DNA of 64,000 nt from Octopus vulgaris (GCA_951406725.2 OX597819.1:79360001-79424000), one strand, 5' to 3'. Numbered from the stretch's first letter, positions 13,540-28,141 are shown. Numbers and translations: made by a program. Notes: generated from the letters alone by a model not told the origin.

Positions 13540-14490
13540 GTAGAGCATTACAGGTCCGACAGCTGTTTCTGGGGCCTCGGAATTACGTCATAATTTTGGT
13601 AGATATTGTCTTAAAACGTCAAGGATATGCAACTATGAGGGATGTATATAAACATTAGATAAAACTGTCTTCAGGGTGGAGAGACTGGTATCTAACATTT
13701 CAGATCATAATGCAAGGAAATTTAAAGATAGAATGGGTGAAGAGGAAGGCCAATAGAAGTAGATGGAGGAACAGCGTAGGCGGCTCGAAGGTGTATGGGA
13801 AGTGATAGGAGATATAGTTATAGATACCTGTAAGGTATCTATAACTGTATCTCCTATCGAAGAATGAAAGTGGTTTCACGGCGGAGGGAGAGAACTGAAG
13901 TAGGTAGAAATGTATGAGAGTAAACAGAGAGGGAGAGAGGGAGTGATAGGTTGGTAGGAAAGGCAAGGGGTAGGTAATGCTAAGTGTTGTTGTTGAAGGA
14001 GAAGCTAGGAAGAGAAGGGGAAGGAATTCGAAGTATGAGAATGGTGTGACGGCAAAGGAGGATGTGCTAGGTAAGAAGAATCGAAAGACACACACACACA
14101 CACACATATATGATAGATGGGGGTATAAATAGAAGGGATATGTTGTTAATGCGGCTAAGTTGTAACTTAAATTTGTATCGTAATTAGGGAATTCTATAGA
14201 TTTTACATAATGAGCAAAAGATGAGTAGGTTTTGTGTTCACATGAAAAGATTAAATCTGAGAATCTATTAAGTAATGAGTGGTTGTGGTTGAGAAGGTTA
14301 GCGGACGATTCCCTTAAACACAGTTTACAAACCCCGAGGTTAGTTTTGTAAGGGGGACTCTCAGAGATAATGGACCAGGATAGGGTACAGGGAATGTTTT
14401 GGAACCTGAAGTCGAGTTGTTAGAGAGGTAGATAGTTAAGAAGTTCTATTGGAAAAAAGAATATGTGCTCGGTAGCGACGCTTAAAATCG
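13540..14490 (-). mobile_element. Penelope-like element 3' remnant (GIY-YIG endonuclease C-terminus, pyrimidine-rich 3' region, hammerhead)
   Basis: Minus strand 14490-14222 translates (with frameshift) to DFKRRYRAH ... WSIISESPPYKTNLGVCKLCLRES...LLNRFSDLIFSCEHK, matching the Penelope GIY-YIG C-terminal pattern W.I...Y...C.LCL.E...LLN...C.H; hammerhead-like motif downstream. Confidence 0.85.
13556..13676 (-). ncRNA. Hammerhead-like motif with ~100-nt stem II insertion
   Basis: Minus strand CC-CTGAAGA-[~98 nt]-GAAAC-AGCT-GTC-GG; palindromic stem III ACAGCTGT; lies 3' of the Penelope endonuclease remnant. Confidence 0.6.
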
Positions 14491-15422
14491 ACAGCGTCGC
14501 CAAAGTTAACCCTTGCCTGGTGGGAGCATGGGTTACTACCCGCTTATTTGTAGGCTACATTTTTGCAAAGACGAAGACCATGTCAGACTGTGTAGCACTT
14601 TAACAGGGAACCAAATCACGTGGTGAAGGTGGTGGTGGAGATGGAGGAGTAAATAATCGCGTTTGCCCTTCTCCTATACTACATCTCTGTGTTCCTGAGA
14701 CTATTGAAATTATATAATTTTATAGATGAAAATGTGTTGTTTATGCCGACAATAACAACCAGACTGTTTAACATTTAGTTGATCGTGTACTATGCTGTTT
14801 TACTCACAAGACAACCGGACTTTAAAACTTGGACATAAGTATTATCAGAAGTCAAAAACCATGCATTCATTCACAGGTTCACATACACTCCTATGTATAC
14901 AATATGTACACTCACATTTATACACGAACGCAAACACACATCCATATCCCAAGCACACGAGATCTGCAAACCGGCGACACTATATACTATACAAAACGTT
15001 TAGAGAAAGTGCATCCTTGCATCCCAGCGTGCAACATTGCTGTCAATAGATCATGTATATCACCAATGTTATATCGACCAAAAACTGTCACACACCCTAT
15101 TACTCACTTCAACTGTATTTTGCATTTTATTTCTATAATTTTTGTGTTTGTTTCTTCATGTGTTTTCTTTTTACTGTTATTTGGAAACTCCACGTTGCAT
15201 GACTTATTTATTTAATTATTTGTTTGCTTGCTTGCTTGTTCATTTATTTATTTACTTATTTATTTATTTTGGTGTAGCTGTACTTGGTTGCTACTTTTTC
15301 AAAGAGTACAAATATAGGGAATAAAACATTGTGATTAGCTAGATCACACCCATTGACACCCACATCCACCAGCTCGCATACACACACATACAAACGTATA
15401 TCTATCTATCTATCTATTTATC

Positions 15423-15458
<36 letters not shown>

Positions 15459-15484
15459 GTAGCATATATGTGTGTGCGTGTAAA

Positions 15485-17420
15485 CGTTGTGGAAGGATTG
15501 CGTCCACCTCTCAAGTGACTAAAAGGTGGACTGACTCATTATTATAAAGTAAAGAACTGTGAGTGATTGGTAGTAGTTCTCTGTTAGCCGTGATATAGAG
15601 CGTTGAGTCTCGTGAAATAGTAATAGTAGTACGTTGTGTGTATACTTTCTTCCCCTCCCTCCGGTTTCCTTATATTATATATTCAATACAGGGATATAAA
15701 AGTGGTGACGAGTTGTTTCGAAGCTTGCGTTGGACGTTTAAATTTTTTTTGGTGCGAAACCAAAGAAAAACTCATTTAACACGGAATGTTAACTATACTA
15801 TATTTTTTTCTGAAAATACTTTAAGTTCGTACTCGCCAGACAGCGTATCAAACTCAAATATAACCCAGAAGAAGGTACTACCTTCTTTTCATATTTTCGT
15901 AGATACGAAGAAATCTTCAAAGAACAGTGTAAAAGTTATATCAATGAGAATAAAGTATGGCTACTTTTAAGTAAGTTTTTTCCCATGCTGAATACGAAAA
16001 ATACAGTAATTATATTCTGCCGAAGAAGCCAGGTGACATTTGTTTTGATGAAACAATATTTTATCGAACATTTTCAGTGAAAGAAGTTCCCTGTTAAATA
16101 CTCGCTGGTAATGTTTATATTTGGTCCAAAAAGATGAAGATTTTGTCACCTATGTCAACGTGGTTAACAGAGACTGAGAAATTCAAATTGAATGAGTTGA
16201 CCCCGGATATGTTCAAGTCTATAACTTTTGTTTAAGGACTTACTGCAAACAAAGATGTAGATGTACGTTCCCGGATATTAACAGAATTAGAACAGGACCA
16301 AAATTTAACTTTGCATCCGTAGCAAAAGAATGTCAGAGGATTATTAATCTACGACATGACGCAAATAAGACTGAAGGGAAAATTTTTTCTCAGATTCAAG
16401 CGTGTCGATCGGTAACGTATAAGAAAATAGACAAAATATACCAAGACCGAATCCATGTTATGGGTGCTGTGATCTACATTTTAGAAATAACTATCTGTTT
16501 AAAAATATAAAATGCTACAAGTGTTGTAAAATAGGCCATAAAATTTCGTATTGTAAAACAGAACCTAAAAAATAGTTCAACAGAAAAAATCACGTAAACG
16601 TATTATCGTTGACAAAAAATACGAACGAGTCTCTAAGAAAATTTGTGTTTGTAAAAGTTAATAATACAAACGTAAAGCTACTATTGGATGCAGGCAGCGA
16701 CATCACAATAATTAGCACAGATACTGAGAAAAAGATCGGGAGACCTAAATTAAGTGGGACCTCGAACATTGCCCGTGGTGTTTCAGGAAAAAGAATTATA
16801 TTTTAAAGGCTAATTGATAAGTAACATTACATTTCGTAAAAAAAAACCTTGAAAGCTAAACTTTTGTGTTAAATAATACAACAAACTTGTCCGGTACTGA
16901 CTGGATGGAATTGTCTAATTTATGGGACCTCCCCATTAACCTTTTCTGTAAAAATGTAAATGATTTTCCCTCCAGTGAAAATAAGTCTCCAGACAAATTG
17001 AAAAACAAAATTAGATATTTTTCCCGAGGTACTGTCCGATAAATTAGGTCTGTATAACAAAACGAAGGCACGGTTTCAAATACAAGAAAACGCCATACCG
17101 TCATTTAATAAAAAAAATGAACGGTACCGTTCGCAGTATTGGAACAGGTAAATTTAGAGTTAGAGAGACCAGAAAAATTGGTGTTATCCCAAAAGTTAAA
17201 TACAGTAAATGGGCAGTACCAACTGTGTACATCTAGAAAAATATTAAATCAGGGTGTGCTGATTTTTCTACTGGAAAGCGATATTAAAATTCGGAGCAGA
17301 GTTCAGTTCACAAAATGGGAGAAGATAGGGGAGACTGAAAAAGAGGAGAGGTTGAGGAAGGATTCTGACCGCCACTCAAGTAACTAAAAGTTGGACTGAC
17401 TCATTATAAAATAAAGAACG
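15485..17420 (+). mobile_element. Internally deleted Gypsy LTR retrotransposon
   Basis: LTR-like direct repeats (TG.GGAAGGATT...CTCAAGT.ACTAAAAG.TGGACTGACTCATTAT at ~15488 and ~17353), PBS-like TGGTGACGAG 15703-15712, gag knuckle CYKCCKIGHKISYC 16513-16554, protease LLDAGSDITII, RT N-terminus VPFAVLEQVNLELER, polypurine tract 17337-17351. Confidence 0.85.
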
Positions 17421-17795
17421 GCATGGTGGGGGATGGTGAACCCCGCTGTACCCTTTCACCACAGATTTCTCTCACTCTTTCTTCCTACTTCTACGACAAA
17501 GCAGAGGAACCATAGTGTAACCCACTATGGTGTGGTAAACTTTCAGACCCTAGTCTAGATTGCGAATCCTCTGTACCCTCAGGATGATTCAGCACTCCAC
17601 CCGTTAAAAGCCGCCGTTTACGGAATGAGGATAACAACGTAGCTTTCGTGCCCGTGCAACCGCCAATCTATCGCGTGTGGTGGGTGGATCTTCAAGTTCC
17701 CACACGCATTCTTAGTAGCTTAGAGTAGGCTCGAATTAGAGATTATTCTTTGTGGCTAATGGCGTGAGTACTGATTGGAAGAAGAAGAAGAAGAC
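17420..17795 (+). mobile_element. 5'-truncated SINE sharing the family C core, with (GAA)n tail
   Basis: Close match to 37283-37728; 5' part matches the CTGTAC.CTTTCACCACA..TTTCTCTCACTCTTTCTTCC core at ~35215; interrupts the Gypsy 3' LTR. Confidence 0.8.
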
Positions 17796-19653
17796 AACAG
17801 CAGGTTACGTTAACTGCCGTCTCAACATCACCGCTTATCACATCACCACTTGTCTTTCCGAGGACAGCCCAAAATGTGCCACGTCTTTAGGGCTAAAGGT
17901 CGATGGCTAGCGGTTTCTTCCCATATCACACCAAGTAATTTCACTGTATTGTCTTTTGTAGACGAGAAGGGAACAGTGAGTGAAAATGGATGATAGACAA
18001 ACGGGGATAGTGTAAAAGATACCAAAGTACACAAAGAAAATATTACTAGAGAGAAAGTCAGCCACGGCATGCGTAACAGGCGAACGAAAGAGTTGCTTCT
18101 CTCATCTAGAAGAAATCAAGATTGAAAAGGTTAGCTTCTTGAAAGCCTTGGGTTCTGTAGGGCGATAACGGATTCGAAAACAATCTTTTCAGAGGAGACA
18201 TGATGGCAGAGTACGGAGAAAACTAAAGGTTTACCTTCATGGAATACCTGTAGCTATACTCTTACTCTAGACATGAGGCCGTCTGCTTTTCTTGGAAGTC
18301 ATTACTATTGTCGCTATTACGATTGTATTATTAAAATATCAGTATTAGTATTACTATTATCAGAATAACCACCAACACCATCATTTTCATTGTAATCATA
18401 TCATCCTTCTAATTATCCCTCGCTCTTTTACTCCTCCGCCTCCTCCTCATCATTATTGTCACCGTAGTCCTCTTCTTTTTCTTTTTCTTCTTTATCATCG
18501 TCGTCATCATTATCATCAACATCATCATGGCAACGCCACAAACATAACCACAACCACAACCTTAACGACCATATCATCATCATTGCCGCTGCCCCCTCCA
18601 CCACCATCAATAACAACAACAACTAGGCCATCATCGTTATGATTCTCCTCCACTTTTTCGCTTCCCATCTTCCTATCCTATCCTCTCTAACTCCTTCTCT
18701 CTTCCTCCCCCTCATCAATATTATCAATGTCAATTTTTTTCTCATTTTCTTCGTCTTAAGTTATCGGGGTTTGGCTAATGTAGGACCCATACCCATCAGC
18801 ATCATCATCAACAACAGCCACGACGACAACAACGACAACCGCCACAACAACAACAACAAGGACAACAACAACGACGACGACGACCACCACCGCCACCACC
18901 GCCACAACAACGACAACAACAGCAGCAGCAGTAGCAGCAACACGGCTGAATCAACTAAGAAAAATCAGTATATTTGATTAGAGCACTCGATGTAACTCTG
19001 GCAACAAAACAAAGAAATAAAAGAAAATTACTAAAAAATAAAACAAAACAATTACAAAGAAATAATAAAAGAAAAATTAATAAAAAAAAAACAAATACAA
19101 TTACAATGCAAACTAAAATATATAAAAACAAAATATCTTTCCTTTCATCTAATCCGACCCTTCTGACGCTGCATTACACCACACGGAGAGTTTCGCTAAT
19201 CTCCTCAACTTCACTTTCTTATTGTCAATTCACAACACTTGGACGCCATGTTTTAACCGCTAAAACACACAACTGGAACCGCGAATAAGTTACCAAGCAC
19301 TGAAGTGGTTGGATGTCGTTTATCAAGTCTTGATCATCCAGATGAAAGTTAAAAGAGATCTGAATAGCAAGCTGTTCTACTATACAATAAATACGTATAT
19401 ATATATGTGTTGTATGCGCATATCTGTGTAAGTTTTGCGCATGTTTGTGTGCATGTATGTAATTGTCTAATGCATGTATATGTGTGTATGTGCATATATA
19501 CGTATGTGTGTATGTATGGATGTGTTTATATATGCATGTATGTATGTACATGCATAAGAACTTGTATGCATGTTTCATATGCATGTTTATGCATGTGTAT
19601 AAGTTTGTATGTACATATGTATATTATCAAATACAGAAGCATATATATAATGC

Positions 19654-19684
<31 letters not shown>

Positions 19685-19732
19685 TACATATATATACACA
19701 TATGCATATATATATATATATATATACACATA

Positions 19733-19779
<47 letters not shown>

Positions 19780-19796
19780 ATGTATTTCTCTCTCAC

Positions 19797-19854
<58 letters not shown>

Positions 19855-20089
19855 CATACACACACACATATAAATTTGTAGTATAGTATATGGATTTACA
19901 GGATCATGTGCCAGCCAGCTATCACTTAAAGCAATTCTAAAGGAATCGGCTAGCAGACTACATGTTAATCCAATATAGAGGAATATAATGTAGTGTTATA
20001 TGCAGTTGAAATCGAAGAGACTTAATCGATGAAATTATTTCATGAGGAATATATGAACCATAAAATGTCAGGAGGTATAAGAGGTATAT

Positions 20090-21140
20090 ATATTTATTTA
20101 ACCACTTGTGATCCTTAGGATTACGTGCTGCCAAACACGCTATTGCATGTCTTGTGTAACATTCTCTACTTGAGTTCCTCTAAGCTTATAGGAAAAGTGG
20201 GGACATAGCCCCATAGAAAAAATCATAAGGTGTCAAATCAGATGAACGTGGTGGCTATTTCAACAACACATTATCGTTATCACTGGCACACCTGATCCAT
20301 CTCAATGAGATTGTCTCGCACAGTCAGCTTCCAGTGAAATGGAGCCCCACCCTGTTGAAAAATGAAGCGTTCATGCTCATTTGAAATGAGCTCATCAAAT
20401 AACCATTTCTAAAGCATTTGCTGATAAACGTTGCTTGTCACGTTTCCCTCAAAGGAAAACAGTCGATAAAGACGATGCTTCAGCGATTCCTTCTTCTGCT
20501 CAACTGCAGCATGAGGATTTTCTTGCCACCAAATACAAACATTATGCTTGTTGACTTTGATATTCGTATGAAACGTGTCTCATCACTGAAAACAAGACAC
20601 TTTTCGAACACCTTATCTTCAAGTTTTTCTTACGCAGCTACACAGAATGGCTTACACTTTTCCCTGTCATCTGTGCTTAAGGCTTAAACGAGGTGCAGCG
20701 TATAGGATGTCATTCGCAAGTGTTTCCTTTCCACATGCCAAATTGTCGTACGAGAAATCTGATTTCCATAGAGGCTCTTCTTACAGACTTTCCGGTGTTC
20801 ACAGAACCTGATTGACGATACCTTCTGATACTGGGGATCGTCCAAATCCCTTTGCTCCGCACAGACAACCTTCTTCTTTGAATTTTTTTCCAGTTGGAGC
20901 ATTTTAATTGAATTTTCTCGAAAATGTACCCTGGACTCTCTTGTTTGACTGTGTTCGGGGATATTCTTTCCACAAAATACTTTTTTTAAAATTTCTAGTG
21001 AACGTCATTCTTCACTCTAAAAACAAACAAAAAAATTTGATTTTTTGTTTACACATTTTGCTAAAATTTGAGATAATTTGAGCAATAATCGGCTATGTTA
21101 GTAGATTACGACATGATGCCAATCTTTTGGGGACATCCTG
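20090..21140 (-). mobile_element. Decayed Tc1/mariner-superfamily transposon (D..D type, rosa/DD41D-like)
   Basis: Minus strand gives KSVRRASMEI, FSDETRF, FQQGGAPFHW, PPRSSDLTPYDFF..WGYV in broken frames; one terminus TA-CAGGATGTCCCCAAAAG at 21140. Confidence 0.8.
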
Positions 21141-21362
21141 TACATATATGTATGTATATCAACGCAATTCTTTCGAAGCGAGTAAAAGCAAACAACGGAA
21201 CATGTTCTGCAGGGGTTGGTGGTGGTGGTGGTGTCGATACGCAGAGTAGAGTCGAATCGCTTGTAAAATGCTTGCTGACTAGACTTTAAGTTTCACTGAC
21301 GGCACATTTAACCACTCAAGCGAATATTATTCCTATTCATAATATATTTTACAATATATGCT

Positions 21363-21402
<40 letters not shown>

Positions 21403-21494
21403 TATATATAGATAGATAGATAAAATATATACATATATATAGATAAAATATGTACATAATACACACACACATATATACGTACCTCCCCAACTAC

Positions 21495-21568
<74 letters not shown>

Positions 21569-21819
21569 ATGCAAATGTACAATGTTATGTGTACAGTAAT
21601 GCTATACTTTTCAGTGATTTTTCGTCGAAACTGCTTTTTACAATTATATTCTATTTCAAGTCTCAAAGCCGCTCATTTTTATTAAGTTCCTTGTTAAAAC
21701 TTTATACAATAGAATACTCTTTATTTATTTGAAATTTATATATTTTATAATCAGTATATATATGCTTTTAATTTTTAATTTTCTTAAAAATTGTTTCAGT
21801 CATAAACTAGCAAGAAAAA

Positions 21820-22037
21820 AAAAATTACTAGCTAGTTTATTTTGTCTCTATGTCTTCTCTCCTGGTGCTGTATGAAGATTTAATGTGGTTTTAGAGTCAT
21901 GCTTTGGCTGCTATTTCCAGCGGGGTGGTATCTCTTAGATACCCTAAATTATAATTTTAATAATGATTATTACCTTTGAAGGTTTTTATTCCCATGCTGG
22001 CCACCTGATAAGATCGGTATTTAAATATCGATCTTAT

Positions 22038-22040
<3 letters not shown>
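21820..22040 (+). mobile_element. Dispersed repeat family D (related to the HHR-bearing copy at 40600) with terminal hairpin
   Basis: CTAGTTTATTTTGTCTCT...CTCCTGGTGCT...TTTGGCTGCTAT...GGTGGTATCT matches 40688-40820; 3' part matches 51570-51682. Confidence 0.8.
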
Positions 22041-22091
<51 letters not shown>

Positions 22092-22173
22092 GGCATTATT
22101 ACACATAAAAGCCTCACGCTTGATAATTTCTTGTTAAGACTCCTTATTAAGAAATTATCCTTAATTGTTAAAG

Positions 22174-22234
<61 letters not shown>

Positions 22235-22237
<3 letters not shown>

Positions 22238-22400
22238 AGAATTCACAAAAAAAAACAAGAAAAGACGAAGACAGGTAGTGTAGACAATAAGCAGATGTAT
22301 TAGTTTAACGCTCGAGAAGTGAAAAAGTCTTTAACGTTTCGAGCCTACGCTCTTCCACAGAAAGGAACACAGAAAGAAACAAGGAGAGAAAATAAAGAAT
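22235..22400 (-). mobile_element. Penelope-like terminal repeat fragment with hammerhead-like motif (family A variant)
   Basis: Minus strand TTT-CTGTGGA-A-GAGC-GTAG-GCTC-GAAACGTT...AGCGTT-AAA (22364-22303); abuts (TA)n. Confidence 0.6.
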
Positions 22401-22700
22401 GTGCCTATATATCTACCCTCTTTATAATGTTGGCAAACGAAATGGAGATAAGAATGTGCATTGTCCGTTTGATTGGAAAATTTCTATAAGTGGCTGAAGA
22501 TTGCTCGACATTTTAAAACTGGTGTAATACTTACAGTGTTTAATAAAATGAAGTAGCATGAAACAATTGTACCACTCTACCTCGGATATACTTGTTGCTT
22601 ATTTTGATCATAATCACCCCATTGATTTATATGGATAATACTATACAAAATTCTGGTGCCTTTGACTTAAGTACCATATTCATCTGAATCTAAATATAGC

Positions 22701-22737
<37 letters not shown>

Positions 22738-22966
22738 GAAAGGGAAAGAGAGAGAGAGAGAACATCGTGTGGCGAAGAGAATTCTGTATATCTAGTGGGA
22801 TATCGTTTTCTACTCCAAGCATCTAAAATGACACAGCCTACACTGATTGATGCAACACAGCCAGATACACAATACCTTACCCCCATAGGACAGATGCAGG
22901 ATGGGTCGAAATGATTATCATGCTGAATAAAAATTCATGCTAAGTCCATCTTCCGTTTCCTTCATC

Positions 22967-23051
<85 letters not shown>

Positions 23052-24057
23052 AAGACATACATACATACATACATACAGCATATATAGAAAGTCTTGGTAG
23101 AGTATGTTTATAAGTTATTAGGTGTTTACCTTTAATGGCCAGTTACAATTGCTTCTTTATCAAATCTATTTACAACGACAGTTCACGCAGGAGTTCAATG
23201 AGAAAAAGCAATATTTGTGGTTTTATTATATCTAAGTACGGACGACGTAGGTGACGGGCACTCGTTAAATTCCCCTATTACCCTTTATAGTATTATATTT
23301 CTTCTTCTTCCTTCTTCTTATTCGCTTCTTCCTCCTCCCTCCCCTTCACCTTCTTCGTACACGCACAATGTAAGGTCTGAAGAAATGTTACTCTAATGTC
23401 TAAAACTGCAGATATTGCAAATAACTTTTCCCATGGAACTTTTGCGTTGGTACTAAAACAATCGTAACTGGTTAACGAAAATGATATTAGTTCTTTGTCT
23501 TCTGACCTGAATTATATTTTACTCTCCGCTAAACCCAGAGAATGGTTTTACCGTTGTGGCAACTAGATTTTCAAAGAATGAAGAATTTCATTCTCATTTG
23601 TGTCTATAATCCAAGAGTGTAAGTAGTCTAAACCTTAGTTTGAGTGGCACTTTGGAAATACCCCATGTTTTTACTCTCACATGACTTAATAGCTACACAC
23701 ACACGCACACAGACAGCCATCCCCACACAAAACATTAAAATGAAGGATTTTCACTGCCTTTATTGATTTTTATAAGGGAAATTCAACAGTTACTGTGCAC
23801 TTTCTATCTCTCTCTCTCTCTTTCTCAATCCATCCATCCATCCATCCATCCATCTAGTCATCTGTCTGTCTGTCTGTCTATCTATTTCTCTCTCTCTCTA
23901 TCTAGATTGATAGATAGATAGATAGAGATAGATAGAGAAATAGATAGATGGATCGTTAGATAGATATGATGGATAGAGAGATAGAGAGACAGAGAGGGAG
24001 AGAGAGAAAGAAACACATATAGATCGATAATCAAATATATAGGCAGAAAAACAGATC

Positions 24058-24154
<97 letters not shown>

Positions 24155-24627
24155 TTAGATCGATAATTAAATATACAGATGGATTGGGGAATAAATAGAT
24201 GGAAAGAATAATGCGAAAACGAGAACAAGATACAGAAATCGGTAGATGGCTAAAGAAAACGATCAATAGGCAAATAAATAGTTGAACATTAATTAGATTG
24301 ATTGATTTAGAGATAAATTGGTATGTGGATGATTCTTTAATTGAGAAAGGCAAGGAAGAAAAGTAGAGGAAAGGATATGGAGATATAAAAGTGATTGGCT
24401 TGCTGGGGAGAGAGAGAGAGACGGAGAAGAAGTAAGGAGGGGGGAAGAGGGTCAGAAAGAGTGAGAGAGTAAGGAAAACAGAGTTATTGTGAGAAGAAAA
24501 GAAAGGTGTGTGAGACCATCTCTGTTTATCGATCACACTCTCCTCTTTCTCTTTTTCTCAACGCGTCTCAGTACTTATATAAATATATATATATGTATAT
24601 GTGTGTGTATGTGTGTGAGGGAGGGTC

Positions 24628-24667
<40 letters not shown>

Positions 24668-24808
24668 CACAAGCATACATACATACGTAGTGAGGTCGAG
24701 AGTGAGAAAGGGAATCGTATAGCTTAATGGAAGTGAAATAAATTGCACGAAAGGAATGTATCTATCCACCGTTCCACTCTTCCTCTTCCTCTCTCTCTCT
24801 CTCTCTCG

Positions 24809-24842
<34 letters not shown>

Positions 24843-25629
24843 GTGCGTGTGTGTATGCACGGGTGCGTGTGTGTGCTTGTGTGGTGGGGAGGGGAGGGAG
24901 AAGGAAGACTAAACGTGCCACTGCTGCATGTCTGACTATATATGATCGCAGCCATATTCGCTGTCTCCAATCGCAACAATTAATGAAGAAATCTGCAACT
25001 CACGCCACACTAGGCACTGCCGTCTGAAATTATCTGATTAATGATAACCACCACATTCCATTAGCTGATTTCTCTTACCAATGTTCGTGAGCAGAAAAGC
25101 CAATTTATTGTATCGGCGGCTCCAGTTTACGTATGACGTCTACGCAAGGCTGAATCGAACCCAGCACTTGGCTAATATATGTCTCATCATTAGCATTTAC
25201 TATTTCATCGACTGAAGTCTATATTGTTAATTATTTCCAGAATGCATCTACTTTCACTTTCAGTTTCATCTCTATTCTATTACCCGCCCCTCACCCGTCG
25301 CCTTCCTTACCCTCTTCACTTCACCTCCACACGATCGCTGCGCATACGTTGTGGCCTTTTAATGTCGACACTCATCTCGTTCTCCGCTTTTCTCTTTTCT
25401 TTTTGTTTCACTTATTTCCTTTTCACTTTGTTTCAACTTCCTTCTACCCATCACCCCCTTTGCACGCACACATCCATACATGCATATCACAAAATCACAC
25501 AAACATGCATACACACTTACGCGCACACAATCATATTGGCAAACATGCGTAATCATCTTCATACATACATACATACATACATACATACATACATACATAC
25601 ATACATACATACATACATACATACATACA

Positions 25630-25665
<36 letters not shown>

Positions 25666-26427
25666 CACACAAAATTATAACTACATACGCATCTACATAT
25701 AAGATACATATATACATACATGCATACACACAATCATACATAGATTCATATATACACATACCAATATATATACACAATACATACAAACATGTACGCTCAT
25801 ACATACATGCACACACACACACACGTAACTATGTATATGTGTATGTGTGCATTTATCTATATAGACATATATAAGCATATATACTTATATATTTATGATA
25901 TATATTATACATATATATATATGCACACATATATATATATATATACATATACATATACATATATAGATACATACATGTACATATACATATCTACATACAC
26001 ACGCACATATATATACACACATATATACATAAATATGTATATATATATATATGTATATATACATACACATATGCAATGTCACACATTCTGATAACGTGCT
26101 TCCGTTTCTGTCATTCACGTAGACACCGTCATTTTACTTCATTCCTATACTGTGCCTCTAATTTCGTAATCTAACTCTTCATTCATTTAAAGTTTAATTT
26201 AATTCTTTGCATTGTCTAATTCAAAGCCCCTATCCCGGTCGCATGTATTGTTCGCCGCTTTCGAAGTTAGAAATTAAGCTATGTCCTGCTAACAAATATG
26301 CCTTCACTCATACACACGCACATATAGAAACACATATATACACTTATATATTTATACATACATACATGTATGCATATACACGCACGCACATATGTGTGTA
26401 TACAGATAAAAGATATATAGATATAGT

Positions 26428-26476
<49 letters not shown>

Positions 26477-26700
26477 CATATACATATATATGCATATATA
26501 TATACACACACATATATATATATATGCATATATATATATATACACATATATATATGCATATATATATACATATATATATGCATATATATATTCACATATA
26601 TAAGCATATGTATATACACATATATATATGCATATATACATATACATATATATGCATATATACATATACATATATATGCATATATACATATACATATATA

Positions 26701-26754
<54 letters not shown>

Positions 26755-27346
26755 TACATATATATATGGAGAAGAATTGATAGCTAGACATATATATGTG
26801 TGTGTCTGTGTGTGCCTTGTGTGTGTGTGTATGTGTGTGCGTGTGTGCATTGAGGGAGAGAAAGAGGGAGAGAGTGTTAAAGAGAGACACAAAGAGACAG
26901 ATAGATAAATAGCCAGCTAGCTAGATAGATAGACTAATATAGAGGAAACGATATATAGAAAAAGAAAGCGATAAAGAAAAGTTATAGGTTGTTGGGTATG
27001 GAAAGAGACAGGAGGTAACTTTAATAGAAAAAAATGATTAGGAGAAAGAAATAAGATCACACATAATATACATTGATATACACGCATCTATACATATAGA
27101 CAAATACATACACGCCTATACAAATACAGGCATATTTATACATACAGGGAGGAAGGAAGAAAAAAGAGAAAACGTGAAGGAGAGAGAGGGAGAGAGAGAG
27201 AGGGAGGGAGGGAGGGAGGAAAGGAGGGAGGGAGAAGGAAACAAGCGAAAGAAAAAGAAAAGTAAAAAGGCGAGGAGGAGAAAAAGAAGGCGAAGAAATA
27301 GGAAAAGGAAGCGGATGAGGAAAAGGAGGAGAAACAGAAGAATACA

Positions 27347-27348
<2 letters not shown>

Positions 27349-27430
<82 letters not shown>

Positions 27431-27459
27431 CATTATTTTTATTATTATTATTATTATTA

Positions 27460-27502
<43 letters not shown>

Positions 27503-27503
27503 T

Positions 27504-27534
<31 letters not shown>

Positions 27535-27545
27535 AAGAAGAAGAA
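27349..27545. repeat. (ATT)n-(GTA)n-(GAA)n compound microsatellite
   Basis: Direct reading of the sequence. Confidence 0.95.
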
Positions 27546-28101
27546 AGAGAAGAAGAGAAAGAAAAGTAAAGTAAGAAGATGAAGAACATGCAGAAGAAGG
27601 AGGAGGGAAAGGAGAAGGAGAAGAGAAAAAAGGAGAAGAGGGGAAGAAGAAGTAGGGCTAGAGAAGATGAAGACGAATAAGAAGCAGAAGGAAAAGAACA
27701 ATGAGGAAGAAAAGAAGAAGTAGAAGAAGAAGAAGCAACTGGTGTTGGAGATGACTATAATATGTGATGCTATGCGCTGGAGTGCGGCGTGAAGAATTGT
27801 GTGTCGAATGGTTTAGAATGGTTTGGAACGATTTGGAGCGGTGTGTCGTGGATTAATCACGTCTATGATTTATTCCTTATTTCCGTAAAAACTACCAATC
27901 ACTGTCCTGATACATTTAAATAAACTGAAAAGTTGACAGGGAAAAGTTGATCCACTCATTATCCCACCCACAAAACGGGCAAGGGCACACACACACACAC
28001 ACACACCCACACCCACACAGACATACACACACACATATATATGTATGTATACATAGATGTATGTATATATATATATGCATACATATATGCATATATATAT
28101 T

Positions 28102-28141
<40 letters not shown>

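Noticed and set aside
17850-18300. FRGQPKMCHV resembling an L1/Tx1 ORF1 zinc knuckle
   Set aside because: The remaining Cys/His ligands are missing; evidence is too thin.
23377-23413. CTGAAGA...TAAAACTGCAGAT resembling a minimal hammerhead
   Set aside because: GAAA and GUH are both broken; too degenerate to call.
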